From Halocafeteria seosinensis (lineage: Eukaryota), in assembly GCA_001687465.1 (NCBI GenBank), contig LVLI01000191.1, positions 1-36,268 on the forward strand: DNA of 36,268 bases, in the 5' to 3' direction. The translations under genes were made by a program, and so were the position numbers. Below the pieces are notes generated by a model, which was not told the DNA's origin, ran no database searches, and saw nothing but the letters and a program-made list of their open reading frames with translations. Positions 1 to 11,500 of the stretch are shown piece by piece. The stretch's first letter is position 1. Each line of letters opens with the position of its first letter.

Positions 1-55
1 AAAACGTGGTATCGCGGTGTCTTGTTGCAAACTCTATCAAGTTATTCGGTTTTAG

Positions 56-338
56 GTTCAATGCATCTCTGAGCTTACCGTTCTTGAGCCACAAAGCGAT
101 GCAACTTGCCAACAGTCAGACTGCACATGTAAGGTGAATGCTCTTAATAGCTTAATGACGTGTGATACTTCAGTATGTTGGCCACGAGGTGACAGCACCG
201 TATTTAGATTATACTAGGCAGAAGGTCACTCGACCCAAAAACGCGGAGAGCATCATTAGCCAGTTCCAGACACACAAGGAGTTGGTTACGGAAATGCACC
301 CCTGTGATCGTCAGAAGTGGTACCATGGTATTTGGTAA
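56..338 (+). CDS. Possible 3' end of a spliced gene entering from the left edge (exons 56-128, 174-338); product unknown
   Basis: TTTAG acceptor ends at 55. A GTAAGG..TTCAG intron at 129-173 (45 nt, short for this window) joins two open segments in phase, giving ..FNASLSLPFLSHKAMQLANSQTAH|YVGHEVTAPYLDYTRQ..WYHGIW*. No family recognised. Confidence 0.3.
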
Positions 339-669
339 CCACCCGCCAAATAGCACCCGAAGAATTTCAAAGACTCGGGGATGCGGAGATAACTTTATTC
401 GGATCTAGGTATCTGCGAGAGCATGTGTAGCCACCTTCGATTCGTTTTCTTGGATATCCTTTTGGTAAAGCTGTGGAGACATCTTTTCTTTTCTTCATGG
501 TCTTCCATTCGTAAACCCCAGAGTTTTGGGGGGAGGGCACCCACTAATGGAACTTCACATTTATATTACCGTCATGACGTTTAGCCCTCCAGCGAGAGAA
601 GAGAGTAAAAATACAAGGTACCTCACATTCAGCCGATATAGGTTGCATGTTGCATGTAGCTCCAAAACG

Positions 670-679
670 TATATATAAA
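670..679 (+). promoter_or_regulatory. TATA-like box
   Basis: TATATATAAA, 165 nt upstream of the DCTN4 ATG and about 50 nt upstream of a long hairpin. Confidence 0.3.
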
Positions 680-834
680 GACGACACCATCTTCTTGTCT
701 GCAGTTGGCCATCTTCACAAAATCCTGCCACAGTGCCATTACCCGATATTTGTCTCTATTCACGCAGTATTGGTTCTGCCCAGAGGCACTGAGGCATTTT
801 GATTATTTTATTGTTTAATATTTCTCCTAGTGAA

Positions 835-2933
835 ATGGCTGCCGGTGGGCGACACATTTATCGTCTGCCCTTATGGGAACTGGGATACCAAGGAGGTCCC
901 GGATGGACCCGTAAAGATGAGGCAGATAACCATACTAGTCGTCTTTCAAAGGCCTCCGCGGCTACACAGGAGGGTGAGGAACCCCAGACAATTGCGCAGC
1001 AAATTAAGGACAGAAGCAAGAGGCCACATGCGAAATGGCTGGAATTTCACCCGTTGCAAAGTTACTATTGCTGTGATGGATGTGGACTCTTACTGCATGA
1101 GAAAATCCCCGGATGCACATTGCACGCGGTGGAATCCAGATTCTGTCCTCAATGCGGCACGTTCTACAGTCCCCAACAAGCGTCGGAACAGAAAGGCAGG
1201 TATGTATTTCAACGCACAAGCAATCAAAACAGTATCCGTCATACCGCATGTATGCAGATGTTTCAAATGTTTCCATTGTCCTATGTGCTCTGCTTTGCTG
1301 CTTTCTCGTTCCAAGAGTGAAACATCGGAGGGGGACAATAAATCATACTATCAGTGTGGAAAATGCGACTGGTCGTCTCTGCAGATTGTAACAGCCTCCA
1401 GTGCGGAGCAACTAGCGGGTACGTTTTTCGTCCGTCATCACCGTAGCCGTTCATCGGTAACGTGACATCTCTTGCTGTCCAGACTCTATGAAGCAATTCA
1501 TTGAACAAAAGACTGCAAACGAGGATTCCTACCTTGATGATTACTTGAACCGATTGGCCGCGAATATTCGCCGAGTCTCTTCGAATAAGACAGATGTATT
1601 TTCGCAGAAGGGAAAGAGACGACCGCAGGATAAGAAGACACAGGCCGCAGCCGTAGCTAGCAAATTGGATCATATAAACCGAATTGAAACAATTCTAGAG
1701 AAAGAGGGATTTCCCCTTTCCTTCACTTCGGCTAGCTGTTCTGCTGCATTCCTGGATATGCCTTCAACGGAGAAGGCAGAAGAGCTCGTAGAATCTGCCA
1801 AGAAGGCAGACTTCGTCGAAGGAGTTGAACTTATTAACAGGAAACTCTCTCTGTTACAGCAGATTCATCCCTCAATATATCACCTATGCAAGGAGCCGGA
1901 GGGAAGTGAGTCCAATCAAGAGTTGCAAATAGATAAATTATCAGAAATGAGAAGGCATTACGAGAAGCGACAAGAGGATGCTGAAGGCGATATTGGCACA
2001 TTGGACGCTTCTAGTAACACATATAGGCAACTTCCCACACCTTACCGTTTGCAAATTCAAAGACTGATTCGATGTGCCATGTGTCAAGCTGAGAGTGAAC
2101 CGGGAATTCTCCAGAGAATGGAGAGCCATTTTCATTCGGTCAATCGCTCTGTTCCCTTCTCTAAATACCGAAAACATCAGTCGGCGCTACAAATGTTACC
2201 TCACCTCTCTATTATAGGAGTGAAGCATTATGGTGCTGACTTGGGCTACAATGAAGAAGAGGAAGCCTTTAAACACATGTCAGAATCCCTTCGCTGGAGA
2301 GAGTGCCTATCAACAAATGGAAACTTCGCGGATGAAAAGATTGCCTCACTCCCGCAGGCACTAGGGACACTTGAGGATTTGCTTCCAGCCAGCCCTAATG
2401 CAGTCTACAAACTTCGTGACTTACGTTCTGGAGAATCGGCCCAGGTAGTGGCGGCGCTTCAGAATCCTTCAGGAAGTACCATGAAAATAGATATTGGTAC
2501 AGACCAACTCCAGTCAAGAGGCATACATGACGTAGGTGTTGACCTTTGTAGCCCCAGTGTCCAAGACGGTGCTGTGGAGTTACCTCCATTTGAAATTGGC
2601 GCGGAAGATGACCCCATTACTTTCAGCCTCAGCCAGTGGTTGGCAGAAGTAGAAGAAGGACCTGGGGAGCAATTCAAACTCCTTGAGAGGAAAAACCATA
2701 CAGCGCTCATCCAGTTCGAAATATCGAAGCCTCAGAGCTCGCAACTTGATGATACTAAAACGTATGCGGTTTGCCTGCCTATGCAGGTTGCCTTTGGTCC
2801 CGAATCCCAGTTCGCGATGGATCTCAAGCCTTCTGTTAGACGAAGGGTAGAACAACTTTATGGACTAGTGACAGAAAAAGAAAACCAACATATACTCTTT
2901 CCTTACATCCTAAAGTTGAGAGTGGAACCGTGA
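835..2933 (+). CDS. DCTN4: Dynactin subunit 4 (p62); exons 835-1199, 1258-1418, 1483-2933
   Basis: GT-AG introns 1200-1257 and 1419-1482 join three overlapping ORFs. The result has the p62 Zn-binding pattern HPLQSYYCCDGC..VESRFCPQC..GRCFKCFHCPMC..YYQCGKCDWSS, then LP.PYRL...RCAMC and a C-terminal LQNP beta-sandwich region. Confidence 0.88.
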
Positions 2934-2947
2934 ACGTACGGGTTTGT

Positions 2948-5459
2948 TCATTCTTCTACATCAAAAGAAAAAGGATCGTTACCAGAATTCGATACTTCTG
3001 TGCCCCCCCGTGGCTGATTAAGGAAAGAGTCTGCTGAAGGCGTACCTCCATGGATGGCAGCAGATAACCCGGACGCAACTCCTTGGATTTGGTTCAATCC
3101 CTCTTTCGTCAAAACGCCAGCATTTAGTTGAAGAGCAGTAAACGCACGCAAAACCGGCAGTAGCGCTTCTATAGTTTCTCGTGGTGGCCAATGGGCCGAT
3201 TCATCGAAATATGTTTTAAACCCTTGGATAACGATTTCTAAGTACTGCGGGCTCTCGCGGACAATGCAACCTATCAAGATAGTAATATATGCCCCAGCTA
3301 CTAAGTCCTCGGTTGACATGTCACTACCATCGGTCGGTTCTGCTGTACGAGGCTCGTCCTCGTTCTCGGATAAAGGCGGTAATTGCAACCTGGAGTTGAT
3401 GGCCCGAAATACGTAAGCGAGCAGAGCCAAGAAGTTAATAGGACCCGCGACGCTGTTCACTTCGGTCATTGCCACTTTTTCTCGATTTTCGACAGAATGC
3501 TCAACGCAGTTCGTTAAAGCTCCAAGTGTGTGTAGGAACTCATCAAAATGTATCACGTTGAGGTGCTCTCGATCCAAACAAGAATACAGGGATGAAGCAA
3601 GAATGCCGATGCCTGTTAGCGTTGCATTGTCGTCCATGGTTGAATGTCTGTGATCTCGAGGAAGTGGCTGGCCGATGGCCGTATACCCCAATTCGCATTC
3701 ATTAGCTAGGTTCATCACTACCCGAAGAGCTGTGCTAAACAGCTCAAATACGGTATATTCATTCTTTCTGTCTTTAGGGCTTTCCATTCTCTTCTCCAGC
3801 GCCTTGTCAAGTACCAGGAGTACAACAGCCGGAACCGAACTCACTGCCATCTCCCCCGTTTCCATACTACTAGACACAATGCTTTCCTGATTCTGTTTGT
3901 TCATGAAGCACATGTGCTCCAGAACTCGAAGAATGTTTGTGAGCCTCAGTGGGATTAATCCGCTAGAGCTGGCGTTCTCCAGGTAAGTATGGCTCGTTTG
4001 GACTAGAAAGCCAATCAGCGGACGGAGAGCCATTTGACTACCTAGATAAACCTTGATGTTTGCCACCTTTTCGATATATCTGCGACTCCATGAAGAGTAA
4101 CTTTTTATAGATTGGCCGTTTTCGTTTTGAGGTTCTCCCAAGGAAATGCAGCGAGTGATACAAAGAATTGACAAGTCTGCTGCAGCATACTTGTTAACCG
4201 GCAGGAGTGCATTTCGAATATGCCATTTCTCCTCGTTGGCTCTGCTTTGTTCAAATGATTCGGAACTTGGTGGGCCTTGCACAGGGCTTTCAGCAGCCTT
4301 AGATCCGCTGTCTTCAGTCGATTCAACGTCATCACTCAATAACGCTGCGACGGCCTCTCGCATCTCCTGAGATGAGTCATTGTTCTCCATCGGCATTACG
4401 CTAGTATTTTTATTAGTGTTATGGTTGGAGGAATCTTGTGTTTGACCTCCCCCTTTCTTCTGCAGTCGTGCCCTCAGGGCATTCTTTGGTGCCTGCTTTG
4501 GTTGACTACGTTTCGTTTCGATATTTTCTTTCTTGTTGCCGACAGCATTCGAAGCGTTGAGGGAGGCTTGAACAATAAAGATTAATGTTCTCAAGGAGGC
4601 TTTCGTAACCAAATCGATATTGGTGCTGCAAAAATGACCGAAGACAAGCCGTAGAGCTTCAGGAGGTACAAATCAGCACCGGAATTTGGGTACATACCCA
4701 CTCTGGCAAACCATATACATCATTCCAGCGATAGCTAAGGCCATTGACTCGTCGATGGGAGTAGTCCTTTTTAATTCATCCTGCTGAGAGTTCGTCTGCA
4801 GCGATAGAAGAGGCACTTCTTTACAACATCCCTCACGTTGACAGAATTCAAACAAAACTTACAAACGCTCCCGCCGCTGATACTATTTTTTCGAGTAGTT
4901 TCGTATGCGTCTGTAGCAATCTTTGCCCTTTCTGGTCTCGTGAGATTTCCCGAAGTAACCTAAGCGTCTCTAGCGCTGACACTGCCTTTGCTGATGAGGA
5001 GGATGTGTTCGCTCTAGCTGTCGACATCAATTCATCCAAGCTCAAGGACAATTCGTCCAATAACGTTCGATGATGCCGCTGTTTTCCGTGTGTGTTCCCA
5101 TGGAAGCTGCGATTGGATGAGCTAAAGGCGGCCGATGCACTGCCACTCCTCGCTTCGGGGGACGATATATCATCATCTTTCAGCTCTATAATGTCATTAG
5201 GTTTATCTCGATTCCTCTCCTCAGCTGCCATATTTCTCGTCCCTTTTTTATCGCTTTCCGGTGTTTGAACAACCGCGTCCCGAGTCCCCGATACACTAGC
5301 GGCTTTATTCTTTCTATTTGTAGGCGTTCGGGCCGTGTATGGCTCTGTATGAGGCCGTTTAGAGCCTCTAAAATGCGCGGCCTCTTGCTCCTCCTCGGGG
5401 TGCCGGGGAGAATGATGCGTGGGCGTCTTTGCTCTATTGCGTTTGATAGACGCCGACAT
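2948..5459 (-). CDS. WAPL: Cohesin release factor WAPL; exons 5459-4863, 4795-4698, 4625-2948
   Basis: Introns 4796-4862 and 4626-4697 (GT-AG on minus strand) restore one frame. WAPL-domain motifs: ILRVLEHMCFMNKQNQ, LRVVMNLANE..G, FDEFLHTLGALTNCVEHS.ENR, EDLVAGAYITILIGCIVRESP. First in-frame ATG at 5459; an upstream exon is not excluded. Confidence 0.85.
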
Positions 5460-5751
5460 TATGACCCATATTTTACCATCGTCTATACGCACATGTACTT
5501 AATAATACCAACCAACATGAATGCCATGGTATGGTGCACACAGGAGACAGCGCGGTTTTGTTGAAGTTGGAGTCCTCTCCCAAGATATGATAGTAGCCCA
5601 CTTTATCATGCAGATTTCATGGTCTTTCCGGTGTTGTTTGTCTCATACCGTTTGTTCATAGGAAAGAGAAACGAGTGAAGTTCCCTATGGTTGTGTCACC
5701 TTTGTGTTTTAAGGCAGTGAAAAGCCGCTACGGGGCGCCTTAATGAATGAG

Positions 5752-8488
5752 ATGGGGGCAAAACAGGGGAAGGACGCCCACGCAAGTGTGCATGATGAAG
5801 CTTCCATACACAGGGAGCAACGCCGACAGCACAATCAAGGGCCAAATAGTGGCAGTGGAAACACTGATAACCCAGGTGGCTCCTCTACCACCGCTAAAGC
5901 CTCCCCTGTAGTCAATAAACCAGGACAAGGAGGCTCAGCCCCGTTCCAAGCCACAGGTCCTGGTCCTCCTGGAGGTGGTTTACGTATCAAATTACCGGGT
6001 AATTCTGGCTCCAAGAACAACAAACGGAGAGAGCAGCAGCCGCCGGTACAGCAAGTTCATTCGAACAACAACGAGCAGCAATCTCAGCAACGACCTAGAC
6101 CTATTCAGAACCGAGACAGAGGGAGTGAACAGGAAGAGGATGAATCTCAGTATGTGTTACCCAAAGAAAGAAGAAATAGATCTATTGTGGACCACTATGA
6201 ACTGCCGGAGAAAGAGGTAGCTAGAGGTACGGGTTGCGCGCGCCACACTGACGTGTACTTCCCCCACTGTTCCTAGTCATTGTTGACATTTCTTGACAGG
6301 TCACTACGGCGTGGTCAGAATGGGAAAAGGAAAGGTTGATGGAGAAATTTACGCTGTCAAGAGCATTCTCAAGAAGAAAGCAAGTTACCTTCCGCTTATA
6401 CGAAACGAGATCAAGATTCTAGAGAAATTGCAGCACCCGAACATTATCCGTTTGGTAAGTCTGAACGTTACGAATCTGAGTTATTGCATGTGTAGGGGAG
6501 AAAACTCTTATCAAATGCCTTCTATCTGGATCCTGTTCCACAGGTAGACTGTTTCGAGGAAGGAAGAACAGTGCATCTGGTGTTTGAGAAATGTGATGGG
6601 GGCGAATTATTCACTCCAATCGCTGACTCTAATTTCCGGTTCACGGAAAGACAAGCCAGTCGCGTTGTGTCCAAAATGCTTTTGGCTATTCAGTACTGTC
6701 ACGAACGATCATTGGTTCATCGGTACGTTGATTAAGTAAACTTAAGGCTTTGCCCCGATTCTCGTAACGTTTTCCTTTGTCACGAGCCCACTACAGTGAC
6801 CTCAAGCCAGAGAATGTTCTTCTTAGCGACTACGGTATTGACTCGGAGATCAAGGTGATCGACTTTGGACTTGCTACTGCAGTTTCTGCGGGTGAAATAC
6901 TGACTCATCATGGTATGCGGGAAACATCATGCATTCTAACATGTGACGGACGCTCCTCACAACAAGTGTGTATCTTGGAATGATAACGCAGTTGGCACTC
7001 CCTATTACATAGCACCTGAAGTAATTGAAAAGCAATACAATGAGCTTTGCGATTTATGGTCCTGTGGGGTGATTACGTTCACTCTCATGTGCTCGTACCC
7101 GCCATTCTGGGACAATTCCGAGAGAGGGATATACGCGAAGATTAAGTAAGTAAACAGTTGCAAACACACTCCTACTAATTCCACATGACATCACGTGGTT
7201 CTCAGACGAGGACAATACGGGTTTGAAGGCCCAGAATGGGCCAAACGGACCACAGCCGTCAAGGATTTCATCGACAAACTGCTCACGAGGAACCCGCGCA
7301 GACGGCTGACGGCAGAAGCAGCTCTACAGCACCCTTGGATAATGTACGAAGGGGAAGCGTCAGTGGAGAGGCATGACCCAAGATTGTTAAGTACGTGATA
7401 AGTGCTTCATGGGTACTTGAGTCACAGTGCGCACCCCACACTTGTGTTATACAGCTCGATTACGGAAATACTGTGCTTATCCATTCTTGAAGAAACTGGT
7501 TATGCTAATTGCAGCACACTTCTTTATCCACCGCACCAATGATCTCTCAAGAGAAAACGTACGTAGCGTGAGTTTGAACACTCGATTCTGGTTTCTATTT
7601 TCGTCAGAGTTGACGTATGTGCAGGAAATGTGGTCTCAATTTGATCCCCAAGGAGAAGGACGAATAACGATCCAGTCTCTGGTAAACTACTTGATGGAAC
7701 GAAGGAGGATCCTGAATCGACCAATTTCGCAACGCGAGATCAAAATGATACTAGAGGGCTTGCAAATGTGAGTCTCTCCTACATGTGCGCAGACATTTCT
7801 GTCGCTACAATTTTTTTTCTCCGCAGTTACGACCATGAGAATGTGACATTCATGGAATTTGTTGCTTGGAGTGTCCCTCGTACAGTCTATCTCAACGTAA
7901 GCCATTGGGAGCATTTTTTGTCGCCTTATTGTGCAGCTATGTCGTTTTTCTGTGGCGCTGCAGAACGAGCGGTTACTGCAAGCATTTGAAATCCTGGATG
8001 TCGACGGAGACGGCTTTATATCTGTTGCTGATATTGAAAAGTTTACGTTAAATCTTGCAGCAGGTGGTGTCTTCTCAGGCATTCGACGCCGTTATAAACT
8101 GTACGCCTCTGAGTTCCAAATTGAGCCATTCAGGAAGTACGCTGACACCATCGTTCAGAACCTGAATCTCTTCGAAGGGCCGGCAGATCTCAATAAGCTG
8201 TCTCTAGATGATAAGCCTGTAATACTTTCCACCAGTGTAATGGAATGCGCGGCTGCTGCAAACCGACCTGTTTGGCATGAGACTCGGCATGCGCCGTATC
8301 AGCAAGGTTACATAGCTCAGCATGGTAGTCCGCAGAAGATGGCATGGTATCAACGCCTGTGGAACATTTTTGGTCGAAAATCGAGAAGAATCAATAAAAA
8401 ACAGAAAGAAAAAAGAGATGTCGGCATGGGGGTGGATTTTGCGTCATTTATGAGAATTGTATGCGGTAACGAAGCTGATCCGTTTTAG
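5752..8488 (+). CDS. Calcium-dependent protein kinase (CDPK)-like: CAMK kinase domain + junction + partly degenerate EF-hands; 10 exons
   Basis: Nine GT-AG introns: 6227-6299, 6455-6543, 6723-6796, 6913-6991, 7146-7205, 7391-7454, 7559-7624, 7768-7826, 7897-7963. Motifs ARGHYG, YAVK, GGELF, HRDLKPEN, IDFG, GTPYYIAPE, DLWSCG; junction RLRKY..FLKKLVM; canonical EF loop DVDGDGFISVAD. MGAKQGK at 5752 resembles an N-myristoylation start (alternative ATG at 5743). Confidence 0.88.
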
Positions 8489-8517
8489 GACTTAAGCTTG
8501 GCTACTTGAGTTAGAGC

Positions 8518-11500
8518 TCAGTGCCTCCGGGAAGCGTTCTGTGGATGCTTTCTTGATTTCTTTTTCTTCTTGCTGCTGTGCACGGAAGATGCCCTCAAGA
8601 GCTCTTGCTTCTGAGTGGGAGATGCCTCTCGCCTCTCCGACGACACAGTGAAGAATTCGTCCGCCAAGGCATCACGTCTGGCTTGTCCGCTTATAACATA
8701 CTTTCGGAAACGGATCCAGCGACCGCGTGCTTCAGGAGAATACCGACAGTTTTGTTTCTCGCGGTTCTCTGCTCTGCGTTCTATCCCCTGCTCAACGAAT
8801 CTCTCGATTGCGGTTGTGAGGAAGCCGCGGCGGTATCGCAATTGCAGGTATCGTTTGATTAGTCCCCGCTGGTAGAGCCATTCAGGAGGGATGAGGTGCC
8901 TGCTTTTCTTCATGGTGAAATCACTGTACCGGGTAATAAGACGATTTCTCCCTCCATCTCTCTCTGTGTTGTAGGCTCGCACATGCTTTCTATGGTTTAT
9001 TGTGTTGGCAGGATTTAGTAGTGCTCCCCCAATGATGCCTAGATCCGTGAATGTTAACGTGGCATGCTCATAGCCCAAACCTGACGCCATACCAGCCGCC
9101 TGAGGCAGTGTAACGAACGTCAACCTTCCACTCAAGGACCTTCCCGTGGGACCTTTTAGGCCTCCCAGTGCAAACAATCTGGGACCGATGATGGGGAGGA
9201 ACGTAAGACACCGTGAGTATGGTATTGCGAAGGCTATGTTCCATACTGCCCGGCTGTATGAAGCCAATGGGAAGAAAAAAAATGTAATAAATACTTGTCC
9301 CATCGCGATTCCGCGAAGAAGGTCTCCCAAGAGCTGATCTTTGAATTCCTGCCACCACCAGAACATATAAAATGCGCAGCATAGTATGTACATCCCATAC
9401 AACGGCCATACTATGTAAATCTCGTTGCCACGCAATATTGAATAAATTGGCCGTGAACTGTGATGGTGAAGCAAAGCCGCCCTCGTTGATACGTGTTGCA
9501 GTCGCTGATGACCTGAATTGTTGCTCAGTTGAGATGGAGCGGGGACGGTTCGCCCCGAGGGCGTTTTGGGACTCGTCGAATCGGATTGGCCTAGAGGACG
9601 TACCGTGGTCAACCCGTCGACGTTCGACACTCTTGTACCGTCCCCTTTAATTATACTCTTGGGTATCATATGATGAGGCGGCTTCTCTTTGCAGTGCCAT
9701 GTTTCACCATTGGGGCCTTCCAGCGTCACTTTACCAAAACTGAGTCCCATCTGGAATTGTACAACTTCAGGATTATGTGTATCCCACTGTGCCATAAATA
9801 TGTAAATCGAATGTGCCCCTTGATGTTCAGGAATGATCACCACTTTCTTAATTACTCCCAGCCAATGGGCCAGTGCCTTCACTCTCTCCTCCGAAATGGC
9901 TCCTGACGCAGCCGGGACAAAAATAATAGGGAGCTCGTACGATTTTGGTGGCAGCACTGACCCCAATTTTACGTGCTCTTTTGAGACATGGACATCATTC
10001 ATAGAGGCACCATGTACCTCGGCTTTCGTGTTCAAAGACTTAACGTCATCTCCCATGTATATTCCGTGGATCGGTCGATAGCGGGTGAACACTTTGCAGG
10101 ACATACGTTCCATCCAGGTATCACATCTATCTCGGCAGTCCAGAGCCAAGGAATTTCTGACAACTTCTTCTGCTGCGATGGTATCCAGGGCTTCTCCGTC
10201 TTCAATACTTTCTCCAAGCTCTCTCTTAGGTCTTCTACCAATCCAGCAGCATCCTTTGGGCTGACCATCATAGATTATCGCTTTGCGTAACCAAGCAGCG
10301 CGTTGGTTCGGATGTCGGTTACAGCACTTCATCAGCGCAGAGCATCTCTTCACGCAAAATGTGGGGGGATCAACCCATCCATAGGTAACCTCATCATCTG
10401 TTCCAACATCGCTATCGTTAGGATGCTGTAGTCCTTCATACAGGAACATATCCCTTATACAGCAGTGGGTCACGGCGCAACTTATTTTGGAAGTTAAGCC
10501 GTAATCACATTCCAGCCTTGTTTGAACTACCACAGGTTTCCCGTTTTTCGCAGGTGGGAATTTTTCTGGAGTAGATGTTGTTGCTTCATAGTACTTTTTC
10601 ATCATTAGAAACCCCTCCTTGGTTTTCCCTTCACGTTTTTCTGCAGCTTCGCGAATCCGAATTTCTTTCCATAGTTCATTGTACTGGTTTTGAAAGCGGG
10701 CAGTGGTGCCCCACTTCATGATCTTTCGAAGTACAATGGACGCAAAGTACTGTACAACACAGCCCATTAAGCCAGCAACCACAAGTTGGAATGCGTAGGG
10801 AGAAAGGTCCCTAAACCAATCAATATCTTGGTACAGAACAGCCACTGTTACTAGTGCAGCGGTCATGGATCCCATTAGTACCGCAAGTCGTTGATTCCGT
10901 GTAATGAAAGGGTCGTACCTGAACAGGAACTCCATGTACGGATGTTCAAATCGCATCCTGAGACACCATAAGTTTCCAATAAGTGCCTTAAATTCCCAGA
11001 ACCGCTTGCAAGGGTTTATAGGAGCTGCTTTTTTGTACGGGTTCTTGTTCATAGTATCGTCAATCTTAATGAGGTGCCCCTCATGAATGGGTTTCAGGGC
11101 AGCTGCCTGAATAAACCGAGCTGTTTGGTGGTCTAGCAGATGTAATAGCCTCATTTTCTGTTTATGTACCACAGCTTTCGGATCGTCCTCATCTCCCAAT
11201 ATAATTTTGTCAACTCTCGATCGGCCGAGAAGAGCCTTGGATAAGACGATTCCTCGGTAACTCCCCAAGATTGATGCAAACAGAAATTGATCCCATACTT
11301 TCAGTGAAGGTGGCTTTTGGGCCGTCAACATGGTTCGAAAATCTCCGTAATGATGCGTCTGTTTCTGGTATTTGGCAATCTTCCTGAGACAAGATTGAGG
11401 GAGGCAAAACCTAACGCAAATAGGAAAATCTTGTCGAACGTGCTCAGGGGTAAACTCATGCTCAAGTGCCTGTTTGGGCCCCAATCGGAAGACGCCTCCT

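Noticed and set aside
680..800. U5 snRNA (hairpin, Sm-like site, hairpin on the minus strand)
   Set aside because: The invariant loop GCCUUUUAC is absent. Kept only as an unclassified RNA candidate.
799..1465. Overlapping ORFs in different frames suggesting programmed frameshifting (also 4612-4860, 6276-7990 and 22985-23137)
   Set aside because: Every frame change is explained by a canonical GT-AG intron that restores conserved motifs.
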